From Eledone cirrhosa (lineage: Eukaryota), in the NCBI GenBank assembly GCA_964016885.1, contig OZ024741.1:292764001-292828000 (forward strand): a stretch of 64,000 nt of DNA. Direction: 5' to 3'. The notes below the pieces were generated by a model that worked only from the letters and a program-made list of their open reading frames with translations, did no database searches and was not told the origin of the DNA. Below are positions 38,756 to 50,857 of this stretch, piece by piece. The first letter of the stretch is position 1; the number at the start of each line of letters is the position of its first letter. The position numbers were made by a program, and so were the translations under genes.

Positions 38756-41700
38756 GTTCTGCTTCTCCTAAACTTCTTCTTACAACACCCCAACAGCAGC
38801 AGCAGCATTGATTCTACCACAATAATTGTTCTCTCAATGCTGCTTTCTTTCAAGCCCCTCTCCCACAGTTTCTTTCTCTCTCTCTCTCTATTGATTCCAA
38901 CACTCTTACAGACCAATTTGGGCAATAACAAGCTGATGCTTCTAGCTTTGGATCAATTTCTTTCTATTCCATTCATCTGATCACACCAAAAAGCAAAGTA
39001 TTTTTTCTTCCTTCCATCTTTCCATTCTTCCTTTCTCTTTTGTTTTTTATCCATTTATTCATTCATTTGCTCTTTTATTCTTTCTTCATTTTCACTACAT
39101 ACACACAAACTCACTCACACACACACACTCATATGCATACATACACAAAATCACTCACTTTTATACACACACACTCACATACACAACATACACACATACT
39201 CTTTCTCACACACATATACACAATCACTCTCTCTTAATCTCACATAATCACTCTCACATACTTTCTCATAAACACACATTCACCCTCTCTTTTTCTCACT
39301 CACACACACACTCTTTCTCTCTCACACACACACATCCATATGCCACCATGTTTTTTTCCTTGCTATGAGCTAAGTTTTATTCTCTTATACAATACATTGT
39401 CAAAGAACTTGCTAGCATCCTCACCCACACCACACACATGTATCTGCATGCTTCTACATACACACGTGAAAAAAGTAATCAAAGAAAAAAAAAGAATATG
39501 TATTTGTAAATACGTATGTATATGTATATATATATATATATATATATACATACATGAGTCGATGTGTGTGTGTGTGTATGTATATATATATATATAGATG
39601 GAATCATATATATATACATATATACATACATGTATGTATATATATGATTCCACAAAGTAAATATACACACACACACATACGTGTGTGTGTATCTACACCT
39701 ACACTCATACACACACATATATATGAAAAATATTAAGAATAAATAAACAGCAATGATTGCCAATTTTTTTTTATTTCTGAAGGTATATTAAACAGCATGA
39801 TGTGAATAAGATGTTTGTTTCATATTAAATAAGCAACTGATCAAATTTCACTACTGTGATTTCTTAACTGAAGATATTCAGATAGATGGATGGTTGTAAG
39901 TATGGTGCTTTCTGGTTGTGATTGTAGTGGTTGTAGTAGTTGTGGTGGTTGTGATGGTACTGATGGCACTGACGGCACTTGTTTTTCTTGTTGTTATGTC
40001 TCATACTTGTGCGGATTTTACTCACCTTTTATGAAGTTTGATCTCGTAGGAGTTGTTTTATGTTTTAATAATTGGGACTTTAGTCCTTTCATGTGTAATA
40101 GCAGTGACCTCATTGCTTCTATCTAGTCTTCTTTGTTTTTGACTCAATCACTTATACCATGCTTTTCTTGAGCAAAGTCTTTAAAATCTCATAAAATACG
40201 TACAGACATGGTTGTGTGATTAACATGTTTTATTTTGCTAAGTCTGGAGAAAGTGAAGATAATGTTTATAACCTTCAACGACCTTTCTGAGACTTGAGAG
40301 ATTAATTCTGTTGATGTTCTTCTTGAAATGTTGTAGAGCTACTCCTTTTGGAAAGACAAGGAATTTACAGGCATGGTTGATGTTCTAGGAAAGCAGGACT
40401 GTCTGTAGTGGGTAATTATGATGTCTAGTGCAATTGCAGTAGACGGGAAGAGCTGACTGGGCTGTAGCAAGTGACTCTTCGTAAATAATATGGAAGAGCT
40501 CCAATGGAATTTTATGTCAGAAGCTCCATGCAATCTTAATCTGATCTTGACCTGCAGAGTTGAGTACAGTATGGGTAATGAGAGAAGATATGAGTGAGTC
40601 AAGAGTGCCAGCTCTGATTAATAGAGTCCATTGTAGTATAGATAGAAGAGGCAGAGAGAGGAAATAGTATGTGGGTGGGCCAAAGGCTGGATAGTGTTGG
40701 TGAGTAACTTTGTAGGAACTTTAAAGCAAAACCAAAGTTACACCCAGATGTGCAATCCTAAAGTAAGACTAAGATGTTACTCTAAACATTTCATTCCAAT
40801 TCTTCCCATCATTAATAGCTTACTTTTTGCCCCTGTCAAAACGCCAGAGGTTTTATGAAAATATGAATGGTATATTTAAATTCCTTCATCAGTTACAGTT
40901 ATTTACACCTAAAGAGATTCTAAAGAGGTCATCATATCTTGTCAGATCATATCTGGAACAAAGTTTGGATGAGGAATTTGTACATTTGTAAAGTTTACTG
41001 AACTGTTTAAAGCTGATATTTCATCTCATTGGCACCAGACAAAACCTTGTAGATTTACAGTGTTACCATTTGATAACAAACAAGAAGTTTGTTATCAGCA
41101 AATACTTAAAAAAGTGATAAGTAAGATGTGTTAATTAATTAGACATAAATAAGCAAATGTGTCCCTAACTGTACCTATTTTAGCATGTTGGTACCATATT
41201 TCTAATGAAAGAAATTGCTTATGATTTTAAAATAATTTTGATAATAATCAAGAATTTGGAGATATTTAGGAATATAACAAACTTTCTCATTTTTAAGCTA
41301 ATACTTTGAATATAATTTGAAAGAAGCCCTTCTATAAAAAATAATGGAAGGATTGTAGATATATATAAACAGTTTTGTATCATTGAACCAGGGGTGGTTT
41401 CGGGTGGTTTGATATCAAAAGGGTTCATCACCATGTATATACAACATGAATCTGCAACTGTAGAAGTAATATTTGGATTAAAGCCATAAATATGTAGCAA
41501 ACAACTGCCAACACATCATGAATTATCTGTAAAAGCAATGTTTAAACTGTACACGTTAATATGGTTGTATGATGTCCTGGATATTAAAATGAAATTATGT
41601 TGACATGCTCTGATAGTTGGTGGTGGTGATAATATTTAACCAGCAAATCCTGTGAAAGAATTATCAAATAAAACGATTATCATGAAAATCATATTTAGAA

Positions 41701-42065
41701 TTTAAAGGAATATGGAATACAAAGTGATTCAGACATATTTTAATTGAGATTAGTCATATTTTAATTAATTAATTTACTAAAATCTTTGAGTACATGGGGT
41801 TTAGGAAAAAATTCAACAACAGACCCACCTAGCTGCTTTACAGCTTCCCTTGCTTCCCATTTATTAATCTTTTTTTTTATGCTTATTTTGCCCACCCCCA
41901 TTGGGTTTCCATATTTAATTTTTATTTCAGCTTATATTGTATTATATATTTTTTTATTTTTTTATATTTTCATATTCACTTATCTCTGTATCTTGAGGGT
42001 ACATCATTTTAAAAAATATTTTAATTTTATCTTTAGTTTTTCTTCTTTAACACGAAATCATCTAG

Positions 42066-42138
<73 letters not shown>

Positions 42139-42793
42139 AAGTAAACAGAAATAACAAAACAAACAGCACAATGTATGGAAGAAATATATTAGTTTAACGC
42201 TTGAAATAGCAGGAATATTCTTTATAAATAATACTATTATAAATAATAAAAATCGTGTAATTATTCAAAATATTTTTACCCACATATCTTTAGAGATAGG
42301 CTGCAAATTTCATATAGTTTAGGTCCTCAACAGCTGAAAGTCCAACCCTAAATACTACTCTCCTGTCATGTAAGAATGAGATTTCTCTCCAAGATTTGAA
42401 CAATTATATAATGGCAGTTCCAGACAGTAAGTATTAAATTGGTTGCAAGAGAAAAAGCTCGATACTGTAAATGAACTTTCCTGGTTCAAATATTTTGAGA
42501 CACACATTTCCCCACTTCTCTGGTTTCAAAAACTATATGCAATCACAGAAGGAAAAGTAATGTTTAGTTAGGTATCTGAATCCTACCTTAACTCACATTA
42601 AGAACCATAATAAAGCATTATTGTCTACCTTCTCTGTTATCTTCATTGTTTGAGAAACAAGAGCTGAGTTGAATGAGAGCATTTGGCTCTGTGCCTATGA
42701 TATATAAATACAGGGTAATGACTCTGACAGATGTATATCCTAACTTAGAAAACATTTAGAGTTTACTATAATAGAGATAACACACATACACAC

Positions 42794-42911
<118 letters not shown>

Positions 42912-42966
42912 TCAATCGAAAATACAACTGGAGTTTTATTTTTTTTTAAATATATATATTTATTTG

Positions 42967-43010
42967 GTTCCTTTACCGGTTTCGCAGTTCTTCTGCTTTT
43001 CAAAAGTAGA
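42967..43010 (-). ncRNA. Minimal type-I hammerhead ribozyme, U3-A8 variant
   Basis: CTACTT TTGAAAA GCAG-AAGAA-CTGC GAAA CCGG TA AAGG; palindromic stem III ACCGGT; GUA triplet; stem I CTT/AAG. Confidence 0.8.
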
Positions 43011-43074
43011 GTTGAGATGGAGGGTCTGTGGTTTTTCTCACATGTGAGAAAAACCACAGACCCTCCATCTCAAC

Positions 43075-43118
43075 TCTACTTTTGAAAAGCAGAAGAACTG
43101 CGAAATCGGTAAAGGAAC
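43075..43118 (+). ncRNA. Mirror copy of the hammerhead ribozyme (stem III ATCGGT)
   Basis: CTACTT TTGAAAA GCAG-AAGAA-CTGC GAAA TCGG TA AAGG. Confidence 0.75.
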
Positions 43119-43640
43119 CAAATATATATATATATATTTTTTTAAATAAGACTCCAGTTGCATTTTCGATTTCATCTTTATTTCTTTATACTTTCACTCA
43201 TGTAGGAAACCTCGGTTATTTTTAATTTTGTAAAAAAAACCTCACTTTCTAATATATATATATAGGAATTATCCTATACTAAAGCTCAATATATGTTGCA
43301 GGCATCCCTCTCAATAAATATCAATACATGACAGCATATAAAATAAGGGGCTATTACAACAGCCATTGAAAAGTTTTATATATCATCACTGACCTGTTCA
43401 TTGGAACAGCCCCATTCTCCCCCACTTCCCTCTCACCACCTCATCCTCATCATCATCATCATCTGTCTATATTCCATGTTGGCACGGGTCATTCAGAATG
43501 CTATGGTCTCTGACAGTCGTTATTTGGAGTTACAGTCTTCCTAGAGGTAATTTCTATGTAGACACAAAACCCTTTGAATGAACCATATGTGTTTGTATAT
43601 TTACATTTATCTCTGTAACTCTATAAAATTCACACACGTG

Positions 43641-43674
<34 letters not shown>

Positions 43675-43853
43675 CAATGCATTTCCTATCTCAGTCATGT
43701 TGCTACAATATTTTGAGAATTAAGATCAGTCATAATACAAACAAAATGAAAAGGGGCGGAGGATTCATTTGACCCTTCAATACATTAATAATAATAATTG
43801 ATATTTGATGATGTGTGAAAAATCATGCATTAATTAAATATTATTTTACACTT

Positions 43854-43899
<46 letters not shown>

Positions 43900-43902
<3 letters not shown>

Positions 43903-44050
43903 GCATCCAGCTGTAGAAACCAAGCCAAAATCAGTTCTGTATGAGTGAAACATCGTCCGCCAGCCTGATCTCTCAAAAAGAGACAGCCTGTCATACCCAT
44001 GCCAGCGTGGAAAATGGACATTAACCAATGTTGATGAAGATGGTGATGAT
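43900..44050 (+). mobile_element. RTE LINE/SINE 3' tail fragment
   Basis: GGCATCCAGCTGTAGAAACC...ACCCATGCCAGCGTGGAAAATGGAC; an inverse copy lies at ~44750-44885. Confidence 0.75.
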
Positions 44051-44353
44051 ATACATTTATATATATATATGTAAGAAAATAACAGGTACAAGGAAGAACA
44101 GCCAGATATCTTCTATATAATCATTGAACCTGTTCAATATAACAGCCATACATATGTGAAAGATATGTAACACTCTTAGCCATAAAGAACCATTACATCA
44201 GCCAATGAGATAGTTTCAATATAGAGACTAAATTTGTTCAATGTAAAAGCCAAATATCTCTCTATATAATACACAAAATCATATCAAGCATATCCATTAT
44301 AAAACAGAGCACATTGACAGTAAATTGTAAATCTTAAGAACACTATTCAGAAA

Positions 44354-44446
<93 letters not shown>

Positions 44447-45414
44447 TGTATACATGAAGTTATGGTAAGTTAGATAGAAAAATAAAATACTTAATTGAAT
44501 CAGCTATATTTGTTGCTATAAGTCTGCTCAAATAGAGCTGCTGGGTGGGACAATAACTTCAAAAACAACAGCAATAATAACAACCTAAACACCTTTCCTT
44601 GTTCATTGAATTGTGACTCCCTAAAGTATTGACATAAGGAAAACTCTGTGTAAAAGAGAGAGATCAATAATTGTCAATTTTGTTTTCTAAAAAAAAAATG
44701 ATTAAACAAGAACTTTGTCTTTCATTATAAAAAGAATGACAAAACAACATATCATCATCATCATCATCACCGTTTTACATTCATGGGTTGTCCTGTTGTG
44801 GGCAATGCTAGATCAGGTGACCATGCTGTGCTTATACAGAAGTGATTTGGGCTTGGTTTCTACAGCTTAATGACCTTTCTAAAACGAAAATATATATAAA
44901 AATAAATATATATATATGTGTGTGTGTATAGATATATACATACACAAATATATATATATATATATATAGTAAAGAATCTACATCGATTTGTTGACATGGC
45001 AGCCAATGTGAATTATCAATTTAGCTACCTATGGAACTGCTCTACAACAGCTGGAACACGGGTGGAAATTAGCATATCATATCATATCGATTCGTTCATA
45101 GGACAGCAGTACTCGTGTTTAGGTGGGCAACGATCACATCATAAGAATTCCAACAGTTTAACAAAGAAAGAATTGAGATACTTACAGATTTTTCTGTATA
45201 ATATATATATATATACATACATACATACATACATACAAACACACACTGCGTGTGTGTTTATAAGCTGGCAAAAGAACAAATTTATATGGTATATTGGGCT
45301 GCAAGTATTTGTAGGTCTGTGGATATTTTGTCAACCCTTTCATGGCTGCTTTTCTGCTGAAATACATTCCTTATGTGTTTCATTATTAATAGGTGTTTGA
45401 ATGTTTCTGGATTG

Positions 45415-45740
45415 ACAGAATTAGTAGATAATTGGACAAAATGCTTTGCAGTATTTGTTCTGGTTCTTTACATCCTGAGTTTAAATCCTCCTAAGTTCAG
45501 CTTAACCTTTCATTCTTCCAGAGTCGATAAAATAAAGCAGCATTGACACCGGTGAAATTGATTTTTCCCTTTCCTCCTGCAAAAATGACTGGCGTTGCAT
45601 CTAAATAAGAAATTGTTATTTGGTGTTTGCCTTTCATTGTTAGAGGGTTGATAATATAAAATACCAGTAATGCACTGAGGTCAATTTAATCAACTTTCCC
45701 TCCTCCAAAATTTGCTGGTTTGTGACTAAATTTTAAACCA
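45415..45740 (+). mobile_element. Old SINE family B copies
   Basis: CCTTTCATTCTTCCAGAGTCGATAAAATAAAG and GCCTTTCATT...GGGTTGATAA cores. Confidence 0.65.
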
Positions 45741-46774
45741 TTATTACTTGGTGTTTGGAATATAGTTTGACAAAAAAATATTTTATATAAATTACGAGAA
45801 GAGGTTTTAATTTAATTCTGAACAATTTAAAATTGGAAATTTAGGCGTTTTCTCAAGTGCATTGGTAACAAAAGTGTTGATTTGTTTCTGGTTATGAATA
45901 AAAATGTAGAATATAATGTCCCGGAGTGGATTTCAACTCATGATATATGCTATGGTTGTGCAACACATTTTCAAATCCAGCATTTCATTTGTGTTTCTAT
46001 TTTATTTAATGTAATTTTTTATTTTAGCAATGAAAGGGACTCTTGTATGGTATTTATTTAGTCAAGAATTGTTCTAGTTCTATTAACAACCTATCATTAA
46101 ACAACATAGTAATATGAAAGCGAGCTTAGCTTAACTATACCAGGAGCAGAAAACATATGGTACACTTGCCTAAGATGATACTTAAAATCATTTTTTGGCA
46201 TATGGGAGATATAGTAACGTTTTATTAGTGATTATATGAAAGAAAAAAACCCAGCAACCTTCAATTTATTAGCTGTCACCTCTGAAGTGGATGTGTAGGT
46301 TCATTGATATACTGCTTTTAAACAAAAAGTGTGACAATCAAGTGATGGCAACAATATATGTATTGCTTTGATGACTCAGTTTACTGTTATTGCCTGTCAT
46401 TAACACTGTCATCAAAGAGTCTAACCAGACTTCTTTAAGTGGTTGTTTAAACCTTTTCATTCACTTTCACCATGAAATAATTTGTAAAATACAAGTATAA
46501 TAAAAGTGATAATGTGCTACTCAATAATTTCCATAAGTATATGATGGAAGTTTCTAAAATATTATCACCAATGTGGGCGTAATCTCTTAAACAGTTTTAC
46601 TACCTCTGACTTATATCAGTAATATTTTCATCATCTGGTGTTTTATTCCTGACTGCACTGAACTGAATTCCTGACTGCATTGAACTGAATTCAAACTGAG
46701 AATGTTTATTTCTAAACTAGTATTACATGTGTGTCTAAAAAAAAATTTAAAGTTTGTCTCAAGCCAAGAGGCTC

Positions 46775-47000
46775 ATCACAAAGTGTTTATCCTGGTTTAT
46801 GTGCTATAAAGCAACTGAAAGTACAAGAATTCCCCTGGACAATATCCCAGTCCATTGCAGGGTTAAACCTGCTGTTGGTATTCATTTTCAGCTGAGTTTA
46901 CTGGAGCAACATATGAAGTATTTTGCTCAAGAACACAACACTTAACCTAGTCCATGAGTCAAACCCACAACACTATGATTTTACATCCAACACTCTTGCA
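46775..47000 (-). mobile_element. SINE family C copy
   Basis: Aligns to 30330-30560. Confidence 0.7.
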
Positions 47001-47049
47001 CCTTCACATGCATGAATGGCATGTATAATGGATAAGAATGATATTGCCC

Positions 47050-47940
47050 TTTGATAACAAATTGAAACCCAGTCTGCTATTAGTTACACACCCAAGGAAT
47101 GTGACAACTGACAATGATTGTAGTAGGACCAAAAACAATTATTGCTAATCCTCTTATTCCCAATTGGGAAATAATTCTTTGGCAATCCAATTCCATTGAT
47201 AATGCCTTCAGTAGTTTGTGATGATTGGCCCCACATAAGATGATATTTATTTCATCCAGACTTTCTCTAATGTATAAATTGTGAACTTTGGATTTTGTCA
47301 TTGTTTCTTGTGAGTGCATGACCTCTTAGCCAACAAAGCCACTGACAAGGACTATATCATTTCAATTAGTTTTGGCAGTATAACTCTTTATTGACACCAA
47401 AAGTTGTGGGGAAATTTTTCGACTGACATCCATAGAAGAAAGCATTGATCTTAAAAATATGTTTTATTTCAAAGTTCATACTATTGGAACAAATGTTACA
47501 ATGCAGCTCCCCATTTGATAGTTTGTTGGGCCAGAAGATACACCAGAATTTTCTCAGACACATATTGTGGAAATAGGGTTTCTCCGAATGGTCTTTGGAG
47601 TACTGCAACTCAATAGGGTGCATAGCTTGAAGATCGGAAAATCCATCCTGGTAGAAGAGCTGCTATTTCTCCAAATTGATACATCACAGCACTGATATTG
47701 TGGACATGTGGTTAGAATGTCTCAAGAAAGAATCGCTGGACAAGTTTTACAGGCAAACCAACCAGCAGAAAGCCCAGGGATAGACCCAAGCAAGATGGTT
47801 GGATAATATCTATGAGCTCAGCTGGTATCGATTGGGTATCCAGCCAGATTGTAATGCTTGTTTCTGACAGGAACCACTGAAAGGAGTGCTTGAGGATTCT
47901 GCCCCCATGACCCTCTCAGGAATAAGTGGGCAAAGAAGAA
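47050..47940. mobile_element. Two degenerate RTE-type LINE fragments in opposite orientation
   Basis: Minus strand 'CLRKFWCIFWPNKLSNGEL' (RTE thumb-like); plus strand 47690-47940 matches the reverse complement of 1-90. Confidence 0.5.
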
Positions 47941-48949
47941 GATTTATTGTGAAAAGCACTTATGATATTCAGACCTCCTTAAACCATATACCAGAATTCT
48001 GAGCAATACATTAAAGATAGATTCAAAATTGAAACAGCATAGACACAAATATTGAAAGACATTTTTTCAGTTTGACAAATTTGATTAATAATAATTTATG
48101 TTAGGTACAGTAAAGATCTGGGGAGTGGGTATAAAGAAGAGGGGTGGATGTATGGTTAACCAATACTGTGTTTTAGAAACAAGAATATTATTAATTTAGT
48201 TTGTTTTTTTAAAGACAAGAATAATTTTGCAAGAATTTTATTTCTGTATATATTCATGAAAAAAGAAAAAAGAAGCTAATATACCCAATATCACTTGAAG
48301 ATATTGCTTGTGTATTTCTTTGTTTGTATTTTTGTGAATTGCACCCAATGTAAGAAGAGTGGAATAAATATGTTTGACAGCTGGACCTCCAGAGAAAAAA
48401 AATGGCTTCCTGCCACATTCAACATGTAATAAACTTACTTATGTATATACAATTTGTTGGTTTTGCCAAGTACAAAGCTTTTCTGCTTATGTTTGGCTGT
48501 CTATCTGTATGTATGTGAATATGATGTATGTATGTGTGTATAAGATGGGTGTATGTATACACACATGGAGATAAATGCATACATATACACACATGCACAT
48601 AAATACATACATATACATATATATGTATATTTATAAATACATACACACACACACATATATATATACACACACACACATGCATATATATATACATACACAC
48701 ACACACACATACACACACACACACATGCGCACACATAGAAATATACACACTGGCACATATATATTACAATAGATTGAACAGTTAATGTGCAAAAGTGCAT
48801 AGAAACATAAAAAAGTGTTACCATGTGACAATCTAAAAAGTGAAACTCAGAGTAGTTAGAATGGACCTTCAGTTTCCAATAAATATCATATATGACATTA
48901 TTATGTTGAGAGACAGAGAGGGTGTGAGAAAGTGTGTTGTTTGTGTTGC

Positions 48950-49036
<87 letters not shown>

Positions 49037-49339
49037 TGTGTGTTTGAGTCAGAGAAAGAAGAAAGACATTTTTGATAAGCTAAATTGTTTTGCTGCAGTT
49101 TCTACTTAGCTTTGGGAATTAATGGTGAAATGAAAATAACAAATATCTTATATTCATTGTCTTCTACCAAAGGAAACATTTCAGTAAGACTTTTATAACA
49201 AAGTGGTTGCAAAAATTTACCTGTGCTAATCCCTTTTGCATGTGTTAGTCTCTTTTGTATGTTTGTTTTCTTTATTAGCTGGATACTAATCTTGTCATGG
49301 TCACCTTTGTTTTTAATACATCCATGGTTCATTGAAAAG

Positions 49340-49620
49340 AAAGTATTTTACTATATGTGCATAAGAGGAGCTAGAGGAAGGACTGTGCTGGTACAGACAT
49401 GTAATAAGTATGGATGATGACAGTTGGGTGACGAAGTGGAAGGATGAAGTGGTTGAGGCAGACTATGAAAGACTTGGACAGATGTGGTGAAAGCTGATCT
49501 CAAGATGCTAAATCACAGAGGAGGAGATAACAAAAGAAAAAAAAACAAGTAGAGGGGTGCTATGCTGGAGAGGACTCATCCAATGCATGGAAAAATGGAT
49601 GTATAGATAATGAGGATGAT
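49340..49620 (+). mobile_element. Degenerate RTE 3' fragment
   Basis: Similar to 15690-15945; ends GATAATGAGGATGAT. Confidence 0.65.
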
Positions 49621-50504
49621 TATGTATATAAACAATGACAATCAACAGAAAAAGTACCAGGTGATCCAAGTAGAAGACCAAGGAAGAAAAGGAAGGAATA
49701 GTGATGGTAAATCTCAGAACTGGTGTTTAACCTTTGTCTATTGCGACACCTTGAAATTTTGAAATTCCATCCCATGCTCCTAGGCCAAGCACATAAGACA
49801 AAAGAAATTGAATTTTAAGGTCAAGTTATTAGCTATTTAGCTGCTAATATTTGATTAATTAACTACTATGATTAATAAGTACAGATTTTTGAAAATAACA
49901 AAGTATCCAATCAAATTACAAAATGATAAGTAAAATGAAAAAAATGTTGTTTTTCCTTGCACCCCCTTTGGGATGCTAGCACCCCAGGTTAAAAAACACT
50001 GCTTTGGAAGGATACAAGCCAAAGTAGACCTCCATGAGATTTGAACTCTGAATGCAAAAAGCCAGAATATATACTGCAAATTGATTTATCCACTGCTGTA
50101 ACATTTTAGCCACATCAGTTTATCTTGAAAGTGAATAACATAAATAAAAAATAAAAAAAGTAATATTGAAATATTTGTGCAGAATCTAAAGCATTGTGGC
50201 AAAAACTGAAGGTAAGATAACTGTAAACTATCAAAATATCAGATGATACCGATAAGTGTTATATTTATATAGTAATAAAATCCAAAGAGGCTCGATAAGG
50301 ATAAAGATATATCAAATATATAAGAACCCAAGAGCAAATATTTATTAAAATAACAGATTAAAGTTTAAGCAAAGAATCGCTGCTTTCACCCTTAACAGAG
50401 GTGTGTGTGTATATATGTATATATATATAAGGAAGGATGTGTGGTAAGTAACCAGGTGGACCATAATGCACCAAAGAACTCGATACTGGTTAGTATAGTG
50501 GGTA

Positions 50505-50569
50505 ATAGGAAAAGAGTCAGGACCCCGACGGGTGAGCTTCGGCCGTTGGGGCCCTGACTCTTTTCCTAT
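50505..50569. repeat. GC-rich ~27-bp inverted repeat with 11-nt loop
   Basis: ATAGGAAAAGAGTCAGGACCCCGACGG-GTGAGCTTCGG-CCGTTGGGGCCCTGACTCTTTTCCTAT. Confidence 0.9.
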
Positions 50570-50573
50570 ATAT

Positions 50574-50607
<34 letters not shown>

Positions 50608-50746
50608 CTTTATATATATATATATATCTTTATATATTTATATATCTGTATGTTGTTGTTGCTGACAGCAAAGAAAACTCAATACCGAAATAGTTTAAAT
50701 ATCCATTTTATTAAGGCTAAATCATTAATGTTAATGTAGATTTTCA

Positions 50747-50774
50747 CTTGTTTCTCACAGGGTCATCAGACAAG
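50747..50774 (-). ncRNA. Hammerhead remnant lacking stem III
   Basis: CTTGT CTGATGA CCCTGTGA GAA ACAAG: core and stem I (CTTGT/ACAAG) are retained; AATAAA follows downstream. Confidence 0.45.
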
Positions 50775-50857
50775 AATTAATGTGCGTGTGTGTGTATATA
50801 TATATATATACCCTTGCAAGCAGGGAAAAGCGGACATAAAATGATAATGATGATGAT

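Larger units (their letters stand above)
42914..43171. repeat. Spacer-less ~258-bp palindrome carrying two divergently oriented HHRs
   Basis: Centre TCTCACA|TGTGAGA at 43042/43043; arms are near-perfect. The ORF track shows the same peptide on both strands. Confidence 0.95.

Noticed and set aside
40339-40760. Possible CR1/L2 LINE remnant ('QSCFPRT')
   Set aside because: Only one short motif; insufficient to call without a database search.
45178-45200. Minus-strand micro-exon with a GTAAGT donor
   Set aside because: No polypyrimidine tract or neighbouring exons support it.
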